From: Spironucleus salmonicida
Taxonomy: Eukaryota
DNA: 64,000 nt
Direction of reading: 5' to 3'
Assembly (NCBI RefSeq): GCF_000497125.1
Contig: NC_090599.1
Span: 868,001 to 932,000, forward strand
Below the pieces are notes generated by a model. The model was given only the letters and a program-made list of their open reading frames with translations, was not told the DNA's origin and made no database searches. The translations under genes were made by a program, and so were the position numbers. Shown in pieces: positions 1-13,315 of this stretch (positions are counted from its first letter, which is position 1; each line of letters opens with the position of its first letter).

Positions 1-650
1 AATTATTATACTAATAAGTTAAGGGTTAAAATAATAAGTAAGTGTAACTTTAATATAAACCTAGCAAAAAGTAGATACTAAATATTTAAACAATGTATAA
101 TATAATCAATATACTTACTGTACCGTGTTATTAACCATATTAAATCAACTAAGTTGCAAAAACTACTAATATATAAATTTTAGTTATTAACTTATACAAA
201 ACATAGCGTTATTAACATACTTTATCTGTGCTATAATTTCAACTTAGATTAAGCATTTGGTAGTGAAAAGTGTGCACAGAAAAAATTAAAAATTAGTTAT
301 ATATAACTAAAGAATAATTATAGCAACTTATTATTCCAATTTCGGATTTAAATAGGTTTTCATATACTTATATATATTTTAATAAAACTGAATTTTTAAA
401 AATACTGCAAGCATTTCTAAGTATACGGCTAGTCTAGATGAAAAGAAAAAATATAATATAGTTATTTATATAATTACTTTATTATCTAACAAATGATGTT
501 CCATTTTATTTAATAAATATATTATTAAATAACTTATATAATTGCTATTTTTAATTTTAGTTTCTTCTACCACATAACCATATATTTTTGTAATTAAAAT
601 ATAATTACCGACAAATATGTAAACTAACAAGCTAATTTATATAATATATT

Positions 651-806
651 ATGAATGTCATTAAAAAAATGTTCAAGGCTTGTTAAAAAAGTTACCCAAA
701 TGAATTTTTTTATGTAGATTGGAATCATATTTAACAAGGACCACCTATAACATCTCATAGTACTTCTATCACTGTTGTAGAGGATACAGAATATGTCAAT
801 GAGTGA
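651..806 (+). CDS. Small hypothetical protein, 51 aa (code 6)
   Basis: ATG651...GAG TGA; MNVIKKMFKACQKSYPNEFFYVDWNHIQQGPPITSH...; ends in the AGTGA stop context shared by most genes here. Confidence 0.4.
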
Positions 807-939
807 GTGTATCAGTTTGACTAAGTTTCTTTATTATTTACTAATAAAAACCTTTGAAATCATTATTATCAAAAAAACAAGACACTGTGTTGTCAGTATA
901 ATTATAAAAAGGATAAATATTTAACGTGGATTAATTTAT

Positions 940-1125
940 TCACTCCAAACTTATAAAATCATCCAAATCTAATTCTAATTCTAAATCAAAATCAAATGAT
1001 AGATCTTCTGGCAGCGTATATTTATTCATATTTGGCAAATTTCTGGCACTTTTAAAAGGTTACTATTTTTCTGTAGCCATATGCATATTCAAAGCCTCTG
1101 AAAGTGATCTTCCTTATAGTTTCAT
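940..1125 (-). CDS. Small acidic-tailed hypothetical protein, 61 aa (code 6)
   Basis: MKLQGRSLSEALNMHMATEKQQPFKSARNLPNMNKYTLPEDLSFDFDLELELDLDDFISLE*; ends GAGTGA. Confidence 0.45.
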
Positions 1126-1264
1126 TTATATTTTTAAAATAATATTCTTATATCTAGATAAATTATTTTAAAAAGTATTACATATTTACTTTTTATTATG
1201 ATATTCTATTACCAATTATGCTTGGAAAATAAGTTACTTAAATTTGTAGAAATATTAAATAATC

Positions 1265-1876
1265 TCACTCAACATGAATTGCAGGCTACATTTAACCAAC
1301 GCTTTTTGGAGCAAATATTTATAAATATCTATTAAATCTTTTATATATACCTCTTTCTTTCTCAAAGAGCAAAAACTTAGCTTTGTGATGATGATATGCA
1401 TGCGCTATGATTCTATAACTTCTACGTTCTAAAAATGAGTAATTTTTACCTGCTTCCGGCCCATCGCAGTTAGCATAAAACTGTGAAAGACCGCTATCAA
1501 GAAAGTGTGCGCAGTAACTTTACGCGCAACAGTCCACAGGATCGTTTCCATGAACAGTACATAAAAATTTCCATTCCATAGTAGCAAGCATTGTGGGGCA
1601 AGTTGAACGTGTACAATCATCACCTAAAAAAGCAAGAAGATGAGACATTTCAGTCAAAAGAAATAAGAAATTTTCATATCTTAGTACCTTTGATAAATTT
1701 GGCGAGGAATAGGGTGGCTCAAAAAATAAAGATGTCTGCAGAGGGTTAGTTTGAGCAAGCGAATCTAGATATTCCCTTACAGCTAAATGCAGCTACTATG
1801 TATCTGGCTATGCCGGTAAGGCTTTGGACAGGTTAAGAACACCGTTATCATAAAATGCTGAAGAATATTAAATCAT
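1265..1876 (-). CDS. MOB4: MOB4/phocein-like (Mob1/phocein family) protein, 203 aa
   Basis: Code-6 translation contains CTRSTCPTMLATMEWKFLCTVHGNDPVDCCAQSYCAHFLD and ERRSYRIIAHAYHHHKAKFLLFEKERGIYKRF, matching the phocein motifs CPQMTATEQWIFLCAAH and RRIYRIFSHAYFHH. Confidence 0.85.
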
Positions 1877-2128
1877 TAATTTTTAAGGAAAGGAATATTA
1901 ATATAAATAATATATATTATCTATTATACAATTCTTGCTAATTACCTTCTTTTTTTCATATAATAATATTCTTATTATTATATTTCCAAAATTTTTAAAA
2001 AGCACTATTATACATTTAAATTACTTTAAATTTTATTCTTAAATTCGCTTCACATTTATCAATTTTTTTTCATATATCCTAATTATTATACGCGAATACT
2101 AAGTTTCCGCTCCGCTTCTCATTTTTTA

Positions 2129-2827
2129 ATGTTGCTCAGCCTTGCAGTTATCACCAAGCAGTCCACGTACGTCGTTCCCACCACGACGCTCGCGGGAACT
2201 CCTCAGAAGCAGTTTTCCTGGCTCACGGCCTCCCCAAACTGTATTTCAGAGTCGGTATAGGCCGATTCGTCCCAATTCTCCCAATTAGCTCACGCCACCG
2301 CACAGGCGTTCGCCGACAACCGTTGCATCTAACGTGTTGACCTCACACTGACATCCTACTCCTCAGCATTCTTCCTCGCATGCTATGGCGATAACGCTAC
2401 CGTTCCCGCGAACTACCAAATGCTGAAATACGCTGGAATCGCCTCTAGAAAGTGCGTCCCGAACGCGGTTGACGTATGCCCTCTCCTTTGTGAAAATGGT
2501 GGCCCCATAAATTTGAAGCAGATCCTCAACGAGCTCGTATTTGCGGACGTCGTGTCAATAAAGAACGCAGTCGAGAAGTATGGCGTTTTGCTGGCCAAAA
2601 TGAACATTTTTGAGGACTTCTATAGCCATAAGGACGGCGTTTACGAGCACCGGGCCGGGCAGCTCGTGGGCGTGCAGGAAATCGCGATTGTAGGCTTCGG
2701 TGACGACTTCTGGCTTGTTAGGACGAGCGAGGGCTCAAATTTCGCTGAAAATGGCTTCCTGCGCGTCAGAATCGGTCAGGAAGCTCTTGGGATCGAGGCG
2801 CGCTGCACGGCGTTCGAGGTCGCGTGA
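2129..2827 (+). CDS. Cathepsin B-like papain-family (C1A) protein, predicted catalytically inactive, 232 aa
   Basis: Read-through of TAG/TAA extends ORF 2420..2827 to ATG2129 (MLLSLAVI...). Motifs FSW...PNC, AFADNRCIQ, FEDFYSHKDGVYEH, IVGFG, ENGFLRVRIG, GIE. Catalytic Cys/His/Asn positions are substituted. Confidence 0.85.
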
Positions 2828-4205
2828 GGGTTTATTTGTACAAAGTTCATTTTGCTGTATAGGGGTTAAGTAAGGAAAATGGGTCAAAATGGACGTTAGT
2901 GATGTAGTTGTGTAGGGTAAAAATGTGCAGTTAAGAGGATTTAGCATTCGGATGGATCTGGAAGTTTTTCTTAATGCAAAGGGTATCTAAGCAGATTTTA
3001 GGATATGTGATTGGAATTAATTCTAAATTAAGCTATAATTATCTTTAATGAGGCATATTAGCTTATCTGCAGGCTTAAGTGAGCGTGGGAAAATAACATT
3101 ATATACAGTAAAAAAATATATGTTAATTATATAGAATTATATTTGAAATATAAAATTTCTTTGAAAGTTCTATAATGAAATTAACATAGAAAATCTGATA
3201 GAACTGTCAATATTAGTTGTTAAAAGTAACCATAACTTAGTATCTTCACTGTATAAATGTATGAAGAGATTAATCAAGATACGTAATAGAGGATAAGAAC
3301 AAGGATATGAGTACGTATTGTCAAATTTGGTGCATGGCGCTGTGTTAATTTAATTGATTTGGAGACGTTACTTTATGAATATATTAATTAGATCTATTAG
3401 TGAATCGTATATCAAGTACATGAAGATCAAATAAATACACTATTTTATGTATAATAATCGGATATTTATTTTTATGCTTATATACCTTTTTATTATTTAT
3501 TTTCAGTTTCGTAAACTCTAACTCGCAACCGAAACGAACGCAGCGGCTCAGACTGACCAGGAGGAAATCGTCATTTAAAGCATGTTTTGAGCGCCCCTCC
3601 TAATTCATCATATGGCAACTAAGAAGTAAGAGGATGCAAAAAAGAACAAAATAGTTACAAAAATTCGACAGAAGACAGTTTGTTTATGAATTTTAATAGG
3701 TTAACATAGAAAATTATTAATTACCAAATTTCATATAATATTAATAATAAACGTTTTAAGATAAAAATATCAAAATCTGCAAGGTTGGATATCGGTAGAA
3801 GAAGAAAAGGTTAAGTTACTGGAGGGAAATGTTTCCATTTTGGGCTAGGTTGTTTTCCACGGCATTGAAAGAGCTATAGTCGGTCATTGGAGCGATATTT
3901 GTTGAGTAATACCTCTGGAATAAATATATAACAAAATAAGTAAAAGTTAGTGTAGAAGAAATGAATAATTTATTGGTAGTGCATTTCTGTCTTTTTAGCT
4001 ATTTGTACTTGATGGTGCGAAAATATAAGTTAAAGGTGTTAAAAAATTTATAAATAGACACAGAAATTTACTTTAAGGTATTCTCATGTATTCTAATAAA
4101 TTTTAGCATAGCTGGTTTATATATTTTAGTGGAATTGTGTAAAAATGTTTATATAATACTACTATATATTATTATAGATTAATTCCAAAATATACTTAAT
4201 TTTAA

Positions 4206-4577
4206 ATGAACTATTAATTACCAAAATATGCTATACCTACATCCTAGTAAGGCAATTAGGCAGCTTAAAAAATTTAAACGCAATATAACAGTGCTAGTTT
4301 TGTTCCAGCGTAGTAATCTTCATATATTCCAAATTAGTAATCTCTAATTAGTGATGCATCCAACTATTAAGTATTAAATCAACCATAATAAGACACACCT
4401 TCATATATTCCATTATCTTATATTAATTAGTTATAAGAGTAAACTCATAGGTCTAATTTAAATTAAGCTGAGCCTATTTTACCAGTCTTGCCAGTACAAG
4501 AAATTAAAATTGAGATATCAGGTGCTTATGAAGATATTGAGCCATTATAAGTACCAGAAATTAATACGGTAATATGA
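4206..4577 (+). CDS. Gln/Pro/Ser-rich low-complexity hypothetical protein, 123 aa
   Basis: MNYQLPKYAIPTSQQGNQAAQKIQTQ...EDIEPLQVPEINTVI*; many in-frame TAA/TAG read as Gln. Confidence 0.6.
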
Positions 4578-4588
4578 GAAACTATTAT

Positions 4589-4990
4589 TCACTAAATTTA
4601 AAAACATTCATCTATATTTTCTTTATTATATTGTTTAAAACCCTAAGGTTAATATTACCATAATTGAACCTACTAAACATCAGATTCAATAGGAATTTCT
4701 TGATTATGTATCACAACGGTTATACCACTTTATGAGTCTTTTAAAATTTCTTAGAATCCGTCCCTTATTATATTCACAGAGGGAGAGGAGGTATCAATAG
4801 CAGTTCTATGTGATTTTGTCTCTACAAATAAAACTGAATCGGAAAATCTAGCTTTGGCATTGATTTACCGACCGTCCTAAGATTTAAGAGTCGCATTCAT
4901 TTCAGCTAGCTTAATTTAGGTAGACAGGAGTTATTGAAAGTAATATAGAATAAAATAAGTATTCTAAACCACAAATATTTTGTGGTTCAT
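4589..4990 (-). CDS. Hypothetical protein, ~133 aa (start uncertain)
   Basis: Open code-6 frame ...MNATLKSQDGRQINAKARFSDSVLFVETK...ENIDECFQIQ*; ends TAGTGA; convergent with 4206..4577. Confidence 0.45.
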
Positions 4991-5350
4991 ATCTATTGCA
5001 TGTAGAGGCTTGTCTGAATCTCTTGTTTCCTTTAAAAATATAATATAATTTTTTGAATTAGATTATTTAATGTATATTAATCATGTATTTAAAAATATAA
5101 TATCTCCCTAATGATTATAGGTTGTGCAAGAATTACAATCGTGATACTTGTTATATTCAAATATTAGATATTATGTGAACTTCAAATAAAGGATACATTT
5201 TATAATAATATTTTTAAATTTATAAACCAAATATTAATAAGAATAATATTATGATGGAGATCAATACTGAATTTGTGATTTGCAAACCACATTCTTAGTA
5301 TATAAATAGTGGACTAATACCATTTTTCGTATACCTCTTTAGAAATTATA

Positions 5351-5593
5351 ATGAAGCACTAATATGATTTTTGGTCACCGGATTAAACCTCATTAATTTT
5401 ATAAGAGATACTAAATTATGAAAAGAGCAACACTAAAAAATCATGGATACGCATTGGACTAGCTGTGGGTAAGTCGCCTAGACAATGTTATGACTTTTTC
5501 ATTAAAAAATATTCCAAACTTAGTGAATAACCATAAAAAGTATTCAATGACGACTAAATATAGTCGCTAATAATGCTGTTCGGCAACTAATGA
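5351..5593 (+). CDS. Small single-repeat Myb/SANT-like protein, 80 aa
   Basis: MKHQYDFWSPDQTSLILQEI...KKSWIRIGLAVGKSPRQCYDFF: Myb pattern W(S/T)...W..I...vG.KS..QC. Confidence 0.75.
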
Positions 5594-5814
5594 ATGTTCT
5601 ATTTTATCATTATCAAAAACTAGTTTTAAACTTTTAAACCAAATTTGTAGACTAATATAATAGTAAGTGATTAGTATTTATGTTATGCATATTTTCAAGT
5701 TATATTAAAAACATGTTATAGTATTAAAAGAGTAAAATATTTATATACCTGTGATATAGAAATATATAATAAATAACTAATTAAGCTTTATATGTCTCAT
5801 TTATAAATATTATT

Positions 5815-6657
5815 TCAACTTACCTTAACCTCTCCTTGTTAAACCCAGCCAGAAACAGATAGCGTTAATAACCAAATATATTCAACATAGTTATATTCAG
5901 TTATTCTGTGTACTAATAAACCTAAAAATGTTCTAGAAAATCCATTCTGGGCCTGAAACAATTTAACTATTTCAGGATTAAACGTTATAACTTATTTTAT
6001 CAATACATCTTTTGCACCATTACCAACAATCCTTTCTTGGGGGCTCATACGTTTCTTTATGTCATCCCGTGTAGTTTTATCAGTCCAAATAAGTTTAAAA
6101 TGATAGATAATTAGAGAAGCTGTAATAAGAAATGATAAAAATGAAATGATGATAGAAATTCCTAAAATAATATAACTACTTATTTCCCAAATCTGAGAGT
6201 AAATAATCAAGTATATGTTTATTGCAAGTGACGAAATGGATAGAATGAAAATAGAAATTATGAACATTATAAAATATGCATAATTTCGTATTCCAATACA
6301 TGTTCCTACCCATGAGCAATGATGATCTAAATACACAACACATTTTTAACATATATTGCAATGAGAGGTTCCAGGAGGCTTAGGAAATCCACAAGTTATG
6401 CAAGGTAACGCATAAAAGGTGCAATTATAAATAGATACGGTAATAGGTTCATCAGAATCTATAATATTGTATTTATTTGATTTTGGAACATATCCTGGAT
6501 CGGTAAGACTTGTAGCAAAAAAGAAAATATATCCTATAACAGTCAGAGAAGGAACTACATAACATAATTTTTATTCAGCTTACACTGAAATAGAATGAAG
6601 GACTAGATTGGTCTATGTTAAAATAATGAATAGCACCAATGGGATCTCTATTTTCAT
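5815..6657 (-). CDS. DHHC (zf-DHHC) protein S-palmitoyltransferase, 280 aa
   Basis: TDPGY, CITCGFPKPPGTSHCNICQKCVVYLDHHCSWVGTCIGIRNY, TM segments and TTxD; continuous in code 6. Confidence 0.92.
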
Positions 6658-7085
6658 TAATTTATTATATAATTTATTATATTATATATTTAATATTATT
6701 ATATTTACATGTATAGATTAAAATTTTAAAACCATTCAAATTATATATACACTATCAATAAGAATTCTCTATGCATGTATTAATAATAAATAATTATCAT
6801 ATATTTGCTATTAAATGAACTTGAACTAATATTTTTAGCTAAAAATGTTATATTTTAGAGCTCGTAAAATTGTTTAATAAGTAAAATATGGAGATTTTAA
6901 TAATATTTCTGTATCTTTAGGGAAAAGTTGTCTTTTAGAGTATTGCTATTATTTAAATAGCCTTATATAGGTAATAATTCAAATATAAAAATTATTACAT
7001 ATAAAACTCTAATATAACAGCATAGAAATATTTATTAAACGAATACAAATTTATAACAAGGTTATTACAAAATCAAAATTACGTA

Positions 7086-8495
7086 TCACTTTTATAACTG
7101 AATTTCAAATGGGAATTTGTCAACACCCATATAGTTCCTTAACGCTTCTGGAACTTCGATAAATCCATCCTTTTAGCAATTTTCAACTATAGCACACATA
7201 GTACGTTCAGTAGCAGTTAATGTAGAATTAAGGAGATGGTAATATTTCTTAGATTAGTCTTTAATATTCAAAGCTCTAGATTAGAAGTCAAGGCAGTTTG
7301 AACATGATACAAGTTCTCTATAACACTGAGAGGCTGGGAACCAACCTTCGAGATCAAACTTACGGCAGGCAGCATCATTTAATGCACCTGATACAATATC
7401 TACAACTCTATAGGGAATATTCAAAGAATCATAAAATTCCATAGAAAGGGAAATCATCATAGCATGTAATCTATGAGAAAGCTCTGGCTTACAAAGAATC
7501 AGTTATTCAACCTTTTCAAATTAATGAATTCTGAATATACCTAATGTATCTTATCCATGTTTACCAACTTCCTTTCTGAAACAGCTAGAATATCCGCCAA
7601 ATAAAATTACACCTTATTCAAATTCTTCTTCCGTTAAAGGTGCATATTATTCGAAATACCCTTTATGAGTTTCAGTGTAATACTTTGACTTTAAAGCTTC
7701 TCTATATTACTTATAACCATTATTAAAAGCCTTAATATCAACAACTTCATCCGAGAAATAGCTGCAAAGACTTTATTCGCTAGTAGCAATAAGATATTTA
7801 TCATTGCCTTCACCAGAGACCTTATAAAGTTGTTCATCAAAATCAGCTAGTTGAGCACATCTAGCCATAACATTCTTTTCTAAAAAGAATGGTGTCTACA
7901 TAGTTATGAATCCACGAGATGCAAGGAACTTCTAAGCATATTATATTAATGCTTAATTTAAAAGTGCACCAAATCCGCATAAGAAATAACCTCTGCTTCC
8001 AGCCACTTTAGTACCTCTAATGGTATCACTGCCATTGATAGCCTTAAAGCAACCAATGTGGTTCAACTTAGCTTGAGGGGGAAGATCTTCAGTCTTATGG
8101 GAGCTATAACGAACACAGTTATTTTCTTCATCATTAGAAACAGGAACATCTTCAGGAACAAGATTTCCGATAGTATTAACTTTGTTATCTAGTGAACTTT
8201 CTAAAGCAGAGCAAGCATCGTCAGCAGTTGCAATCTTCGCTTTTGCCTGAGTAATTTATTCAGTTAAATCATCAGTACTCTCATTAGCTTTCTTGGCTAC
8301 TGCAAATTGCTTTGAGAGATCATTTAATACCTTTCTGGCCTGAGCAAGATCGTAAGATGCTTTGACCCACTGGTTATCAAGCTCGATGATTTCGTCTACA
8401 ATTTCAACAGATTAAAAACGTTTACGTTATGATTCACGTACGAGTTCAGGGTTACCACCTTTAGCAGTTCTGAAAAGATTAATGTCTATGGGCAT
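7086..8495 (-). CDS. SARS: Seryl-tRNA synthetase (cytosolic type), 469 aa
   Basis: [35 protein letters not shown]; motif 2 [50 protein letters not shown]. Confidence 0.97.
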
Positions 8496-9873
8496 TAAGG
8501 AGTAGTGGAATGGGAAATAATTTTTTATTTTTAACGATAATATATTCAGTATTGTATATAAATTATTTGTGATTCAAATCGGCATAAATAATAGCATATT
8601 TACCTAATGAAGGTTAATCTAAAAAGTGTTAGTTATAAAAATAAATATATTTGTTTTAAAATAAACACTAAAGGGTATTTTTGCCATACTTAAACCGCAT
8701 AATAAATTTCCATTATAATACTTTAACCAGTATGGGAAGCAAAAAATTGTGCAAATTTATTTTTCTTAAAAGGCTTATAATAACCCCTTAATAAATACTT
8801 CAAATCATTATTTGTGATGTTACGTAGATATCCTAAAATTTAAATAATATATGAATTATAAGAAATATACGTTAAATAAGTAGATTTTATTCAATAGTAC
8901 ATTAGCTCTCAATGTTTAAGGTATGTTTTATTTAATTATAAGTATTTCCATTTCTTATCATAATTTTGTTACATTTATTTTCCTAAAATCTCATTATACA
9001 TAAACAGCTATTAGTATTACAACGTACAATAATACTTACACTTCTGTAATCTCATATCTGGCGTATTTTAGTCTTAATTTGCCATTTATTATTATGTTAT
9101 CTAATGGCTATCAAAGCATCAAACAAATAATTTATGCTACAATTATCACTAAAATCAAGTTAACAGATATGTTTCAACACTAACTCCTTATCGAATGCCC
9201 AGGTGCACTAGGTTTTAAACCTTTTTGCAGCGATGCGAACTATTCAAATATATACAAACTATTATTATAGATTATATAAACTAATATCTATCGAAAACCA
9301 AAAAATGCAATACAGATTTCAACCAAAATGTAACCACACAACGTGAAATCTTACCATCTACACGCCAGCGCCACATATTTCTAACGCATAATAATAAGCA
9401 TGACGTCTTAAAGATACGTCAGTTTTTAAAGTTATTTGCGGCGATGCGGCTCTCAGCGTAGTTCAAGATGCTGTGTGAACGCGGCAGTGAACAGTTTTAT
9501 CAAAATTAAATTTTTTTCACTATATCACCTGCTGCGATATCGACGCTGCGCGCAGAAGCGAAGTGTGGTTTGTTAGGGAGGATTTGATGAATGAATTTTG
9601 ACGAATTGCACTGCATTATATCAGATACCACGTATACCGCTATTTTCGCATTCTGCGCGCTTGTGCGCACCAGTCAGGCGTAGTTGAAACGTAATTTTGA
9701 CCCGCACTGTGGCTTCGCTGGGATGCGTTATATCAGTTGTCTGAAACTCACATAAGTGCAAAACGTGAAATGCAGGCAGATGGCGAAGTATCAGAGCCCT
9801 GTGTGGATCCGCAGAACGCCAGGATTTGCTAAAACGCCACGGCCAAAATACTGAAATCTGCGATTTCCGGCTC

Positions 9874-10131
9874 TCACTTCTGGTTCAGCAGCGCGATAAT
9901 GCCGCTCAGAAGCAGATCGTCGTTGTCTGCTGATATAATGAACTGTTTTTCCGAGGTTTGCTCGTACAACTCTCCAAAACCGTCTTGGACCATCTTCGTC
10001 CACTTATTCTTCAAAATCGAGACGGTAGAGTCGGGAAACTGCTTCTGCAGAATTAGCCGCCATTTCTTGCCATAGCGCTACACCGCTAGTGCCAGCTGCT
10101 CCTCGCGTTCGAATGTCCAGTAAAGCTTCAT
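9874..10131 (-). CDS. Small single-repeat Myb protein (telobox-like), 85 aa
   Basis: MKLYWTFEREEQLALAVQRYGKKWRLILQKQFPDSTVSILKNKWTKM...; ends AAGTGA; paralog at 26190..26444. Confidence 0.85.
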
Positions 10132-12679
10132 TTTGTACTGGTAAAATATACAAAGGGCCAATGAAATATCGATAATTCGAATATAATTCTTTGAACAATT
10201 CGAAAATTTAGAAAAATCAAAAAAATGAGTAGAAATAAACTATTTATTTGCGTAAACGTATTATAACCCTTCAAAATATTTGCTCTTCCAAATATGTGGA
10301 AATCGCAATACTTAGTTTATACAAATAATAATTGATAATTATCTATTTTACAGCTCTGTAAAACATTGTACAACAGTAATTATTTAAATATAATAATAAA
10401 TAAATTTATGCACGAGTAATATACTATGAAAAAAATTAGCACAAATATTAAACTACTTATATTTGATTCAAGTTAAAAGAAAAAACTAATATTTACATGG
10501 TTTTAAAAAACGATAGATTAGTATATTAGATAGCTAGAACTTTTATAATCTAATGATAATAACTATTATTTTGATTTCTGGGCCTGATGTTTGTGAAGTA
10601 TACATGTTGTAAAACGTATTAAATTACATAGTATATATCAAAAAAGCTTTAATAATGACTTGTTTCTATTATATTTTTTTAAGTGAATTAATTCTTTAAA
10701 ACATTCCACATTACTAATTTCTATTAATAAAACTTTAAATATTTATTAAAATTTATAAAATTTTCAGATTTTTATACTCATAGATATTAGTGAAAATATA
10801 TATCAGTAAGTTGTGTATTTTAAGTAAATGGCATTTATTTGAAAGATAAAAAAATGTTGATATAATAACCAATTTCCGACTAGGACTATAATAATGTTAA
10901 AAATATTGAATAATTCATTATTCACATATATCAACCTAGTATTCACATACTTCATGTTTAATTTGTGTTTTTTCTAAAACTAAATTTGCGATTTCTCATA
11001 AAAATAGTAGATTTTACAATCAGAAATAACCATAACACTTAATTTATAATAGAATATATGTTACTTAACGTAATATACGTGAACATATTCAAAGATTCAA
11101 AATGATACATTTAATTAGTCAAAAATAAAATGGTATCGTTGGCAAATACATTAGAATTATTAATTAATAAACTAATTTATTACTATTCAATTACTTTAAG
11201 TGATACAATTATTATCAATAACGAAGATATTTTTTTAATAAATATTAATATTTTTACTTTCAATTTACTAGCAGTTATTTTTATTATAAACATATATTAT
11301 TGTTATTAGCAAATAAGATGATTAAAATTTTTATAATTTGTGTATTCTATTTAACAAATCAAAATAATATTATATTATATGGAAATATTAGAAACATGGA
11401 TGGAAATATTATATTCAATATGAAAATTCATTCAAACTGCCAGATTTATTATTTCATCGATTATCACCATATATTCAGTTTTTATATATAGCATTACTAA
11501 GGTTGTTACCGCTACCAAACTTGAGTTTCAAAAGAATTTTCCTAAGCTAATTAAATTCCTGTTAAACACTGAATGTCTACTTATTAATCCACTATATTTT
11601 CTAGAGTACTTTTATAATTTTTGATTTAATAAAATATGGCCACCAAACTAACTATAAGAATTAAAAGAAATCCGAGATAAACTGAAATAATTTAAGTATA
11701 TATTAGAAACGAATTTTTAGGTGTAAAGCATTAATCATTTTAGTTTTTTCCATAATTGAAATCCATTGCGGCCTAATTTACTTATAAATTTTACGAAATA
11801 AGTTAGCTTATTGTTTAACTATTTTTATTTTATTAAGTTAACCTGCAATAACTATCCATCTCATATTTATCTTTTTATATATGATTAAACTGAGTAATTT
11901 ATTAAGTTAATAAACAATCAAAGTTATTCACATTAGACTGCAAAATCATAGTTTAATCTTTTGCTTATCTACAAATATTAACAATATCATTATCTAATCT
12001 TTGTATATTCTTATTTCCATGCATTTATATCTATAAATCTATGTTAGGATTATTTATATTTAAAAGTTAATCATCTGGATACAGATTATCCATCTGGCAT
12101 TGATTTATCATTTTATTTATAGTATATGAAATACAATATAGTATTATAATAAGGTATTTTCCACTTTAAATGCTTTTATTTCCTGGATAAGTAATCTCTC
12201 ATGATAACTCATTATAATCGGGAGATAATACATATTGGTAAGATAATTAGCTGCTAGCATAGGTTATTGGAAAACTTGAAATAAATGATAATAAGGCAAA
12301 AGTAGTTCCATTAAACTCATTAGCCTAACCGAGAAATGGGGATATTGCCATTGCTACCGTTTAGTTTATTACCCAGCAAAAAAGTTTGTTAAATATTGTA
12401 TCAATAAATGGGTAGCGCTGTAATTTTAATGGGGTATTGCGAATATAAGATGCAAAATAATAGCGATTGTCTGTAAACCAGATCATATAGTGCCAGGTTC
12501 TTTAAATGTAGAGTGGCATCATTAATGTTTCTACTTTGGGCGATGATATGGGGATAGTTAAGGTCTGATTTTTAACTAGTATTGCTTTTATCTTTTAAGT
12601 TTATTTAAATATTATATCTTTATTTCTATAAATCGCTCCATAAGTGTCGCTCCATTTTTCACTTCTTTTCACTCCCTCA

Positions 12680-13270
12680 ATGGAACGCGATTATCGTCCT
12701 TCTTACAACAACCAGAAAAATGACCGTGAACAGCGCCCTCCTTATCGTGACGACCGCAATGGACGTCCGAATAACAATTACCGTTCAAACGACAGACCAA
12801 TGAACACCAGACCCGTTTTTTGGACACCTGAAATCGTTGCTAAGTTCTAAGAGCTCGTACCCCAGCACACCAAGGACGGCATCATTGACTTCAACACTAT
12901 CGCCCAGCTTATCGGATCCAACGCCCACGCTTGCCTGAACAAGTTCACTTCCCTCAACGAGCCTACCTGGACCGAGCTCGAAGTCCTTCAGCTAACCAAC
13001 AAGTGGACTGAATCTAACGGATGCGTCACCTTTGAAGAGCTCGCCGTCCTTTTGGCACCCCACTCCCTCCAGGGAATCAAGATGAAACTCGAAAACACTA
13101 TTCGTGAAAGAAAATTAGTGCCTACCTACAGAATGGTCTCTAACACCCCAATCTCCATCGTATACGAGATCAAAGAGCTTGCCGAGAACTCAATATTTTC
13201 CAAAAACTACAACATCCCTAAAAAATTGAACGAGTTGACAGAGCTCCTCAAAACCTTATTATCCCAGTGA
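12680..13270 (+). CDS. Protein with R/D/N-rich N-terminus and two Myb/SANT-like repeats, 196 aa
   Basis: ORFs 12644.. and 13052.. join through one TAA: FWTPEIVAKFQELV...IDFNTIAQLIGSNAHACLNKF...TWTELEVLQL...; ends CAGTGA. Confidence 0.75.
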
Positions 13271-13315
13271 TATATCACCTAATTATCTTTTCTTCAAAGC
13301 CTGCGAGCCCTAGCA

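Noticed and set aside
2889-4209. Several code-6 open frames (2889.., 3634..); similar ones at 9094.., 58237.. and 62516..
   Set aside because: With only one stop codon such frames arise by chance; no motifs and no AGTGA ending
10950-12570. Possible decayed WD40/BEACH-like gene (a frame ends ...GDDMGIVKV*)
   Set aside because: The frames I read are broken by TGA and the similarity is too weak to call; needs a code-6 BLASTX
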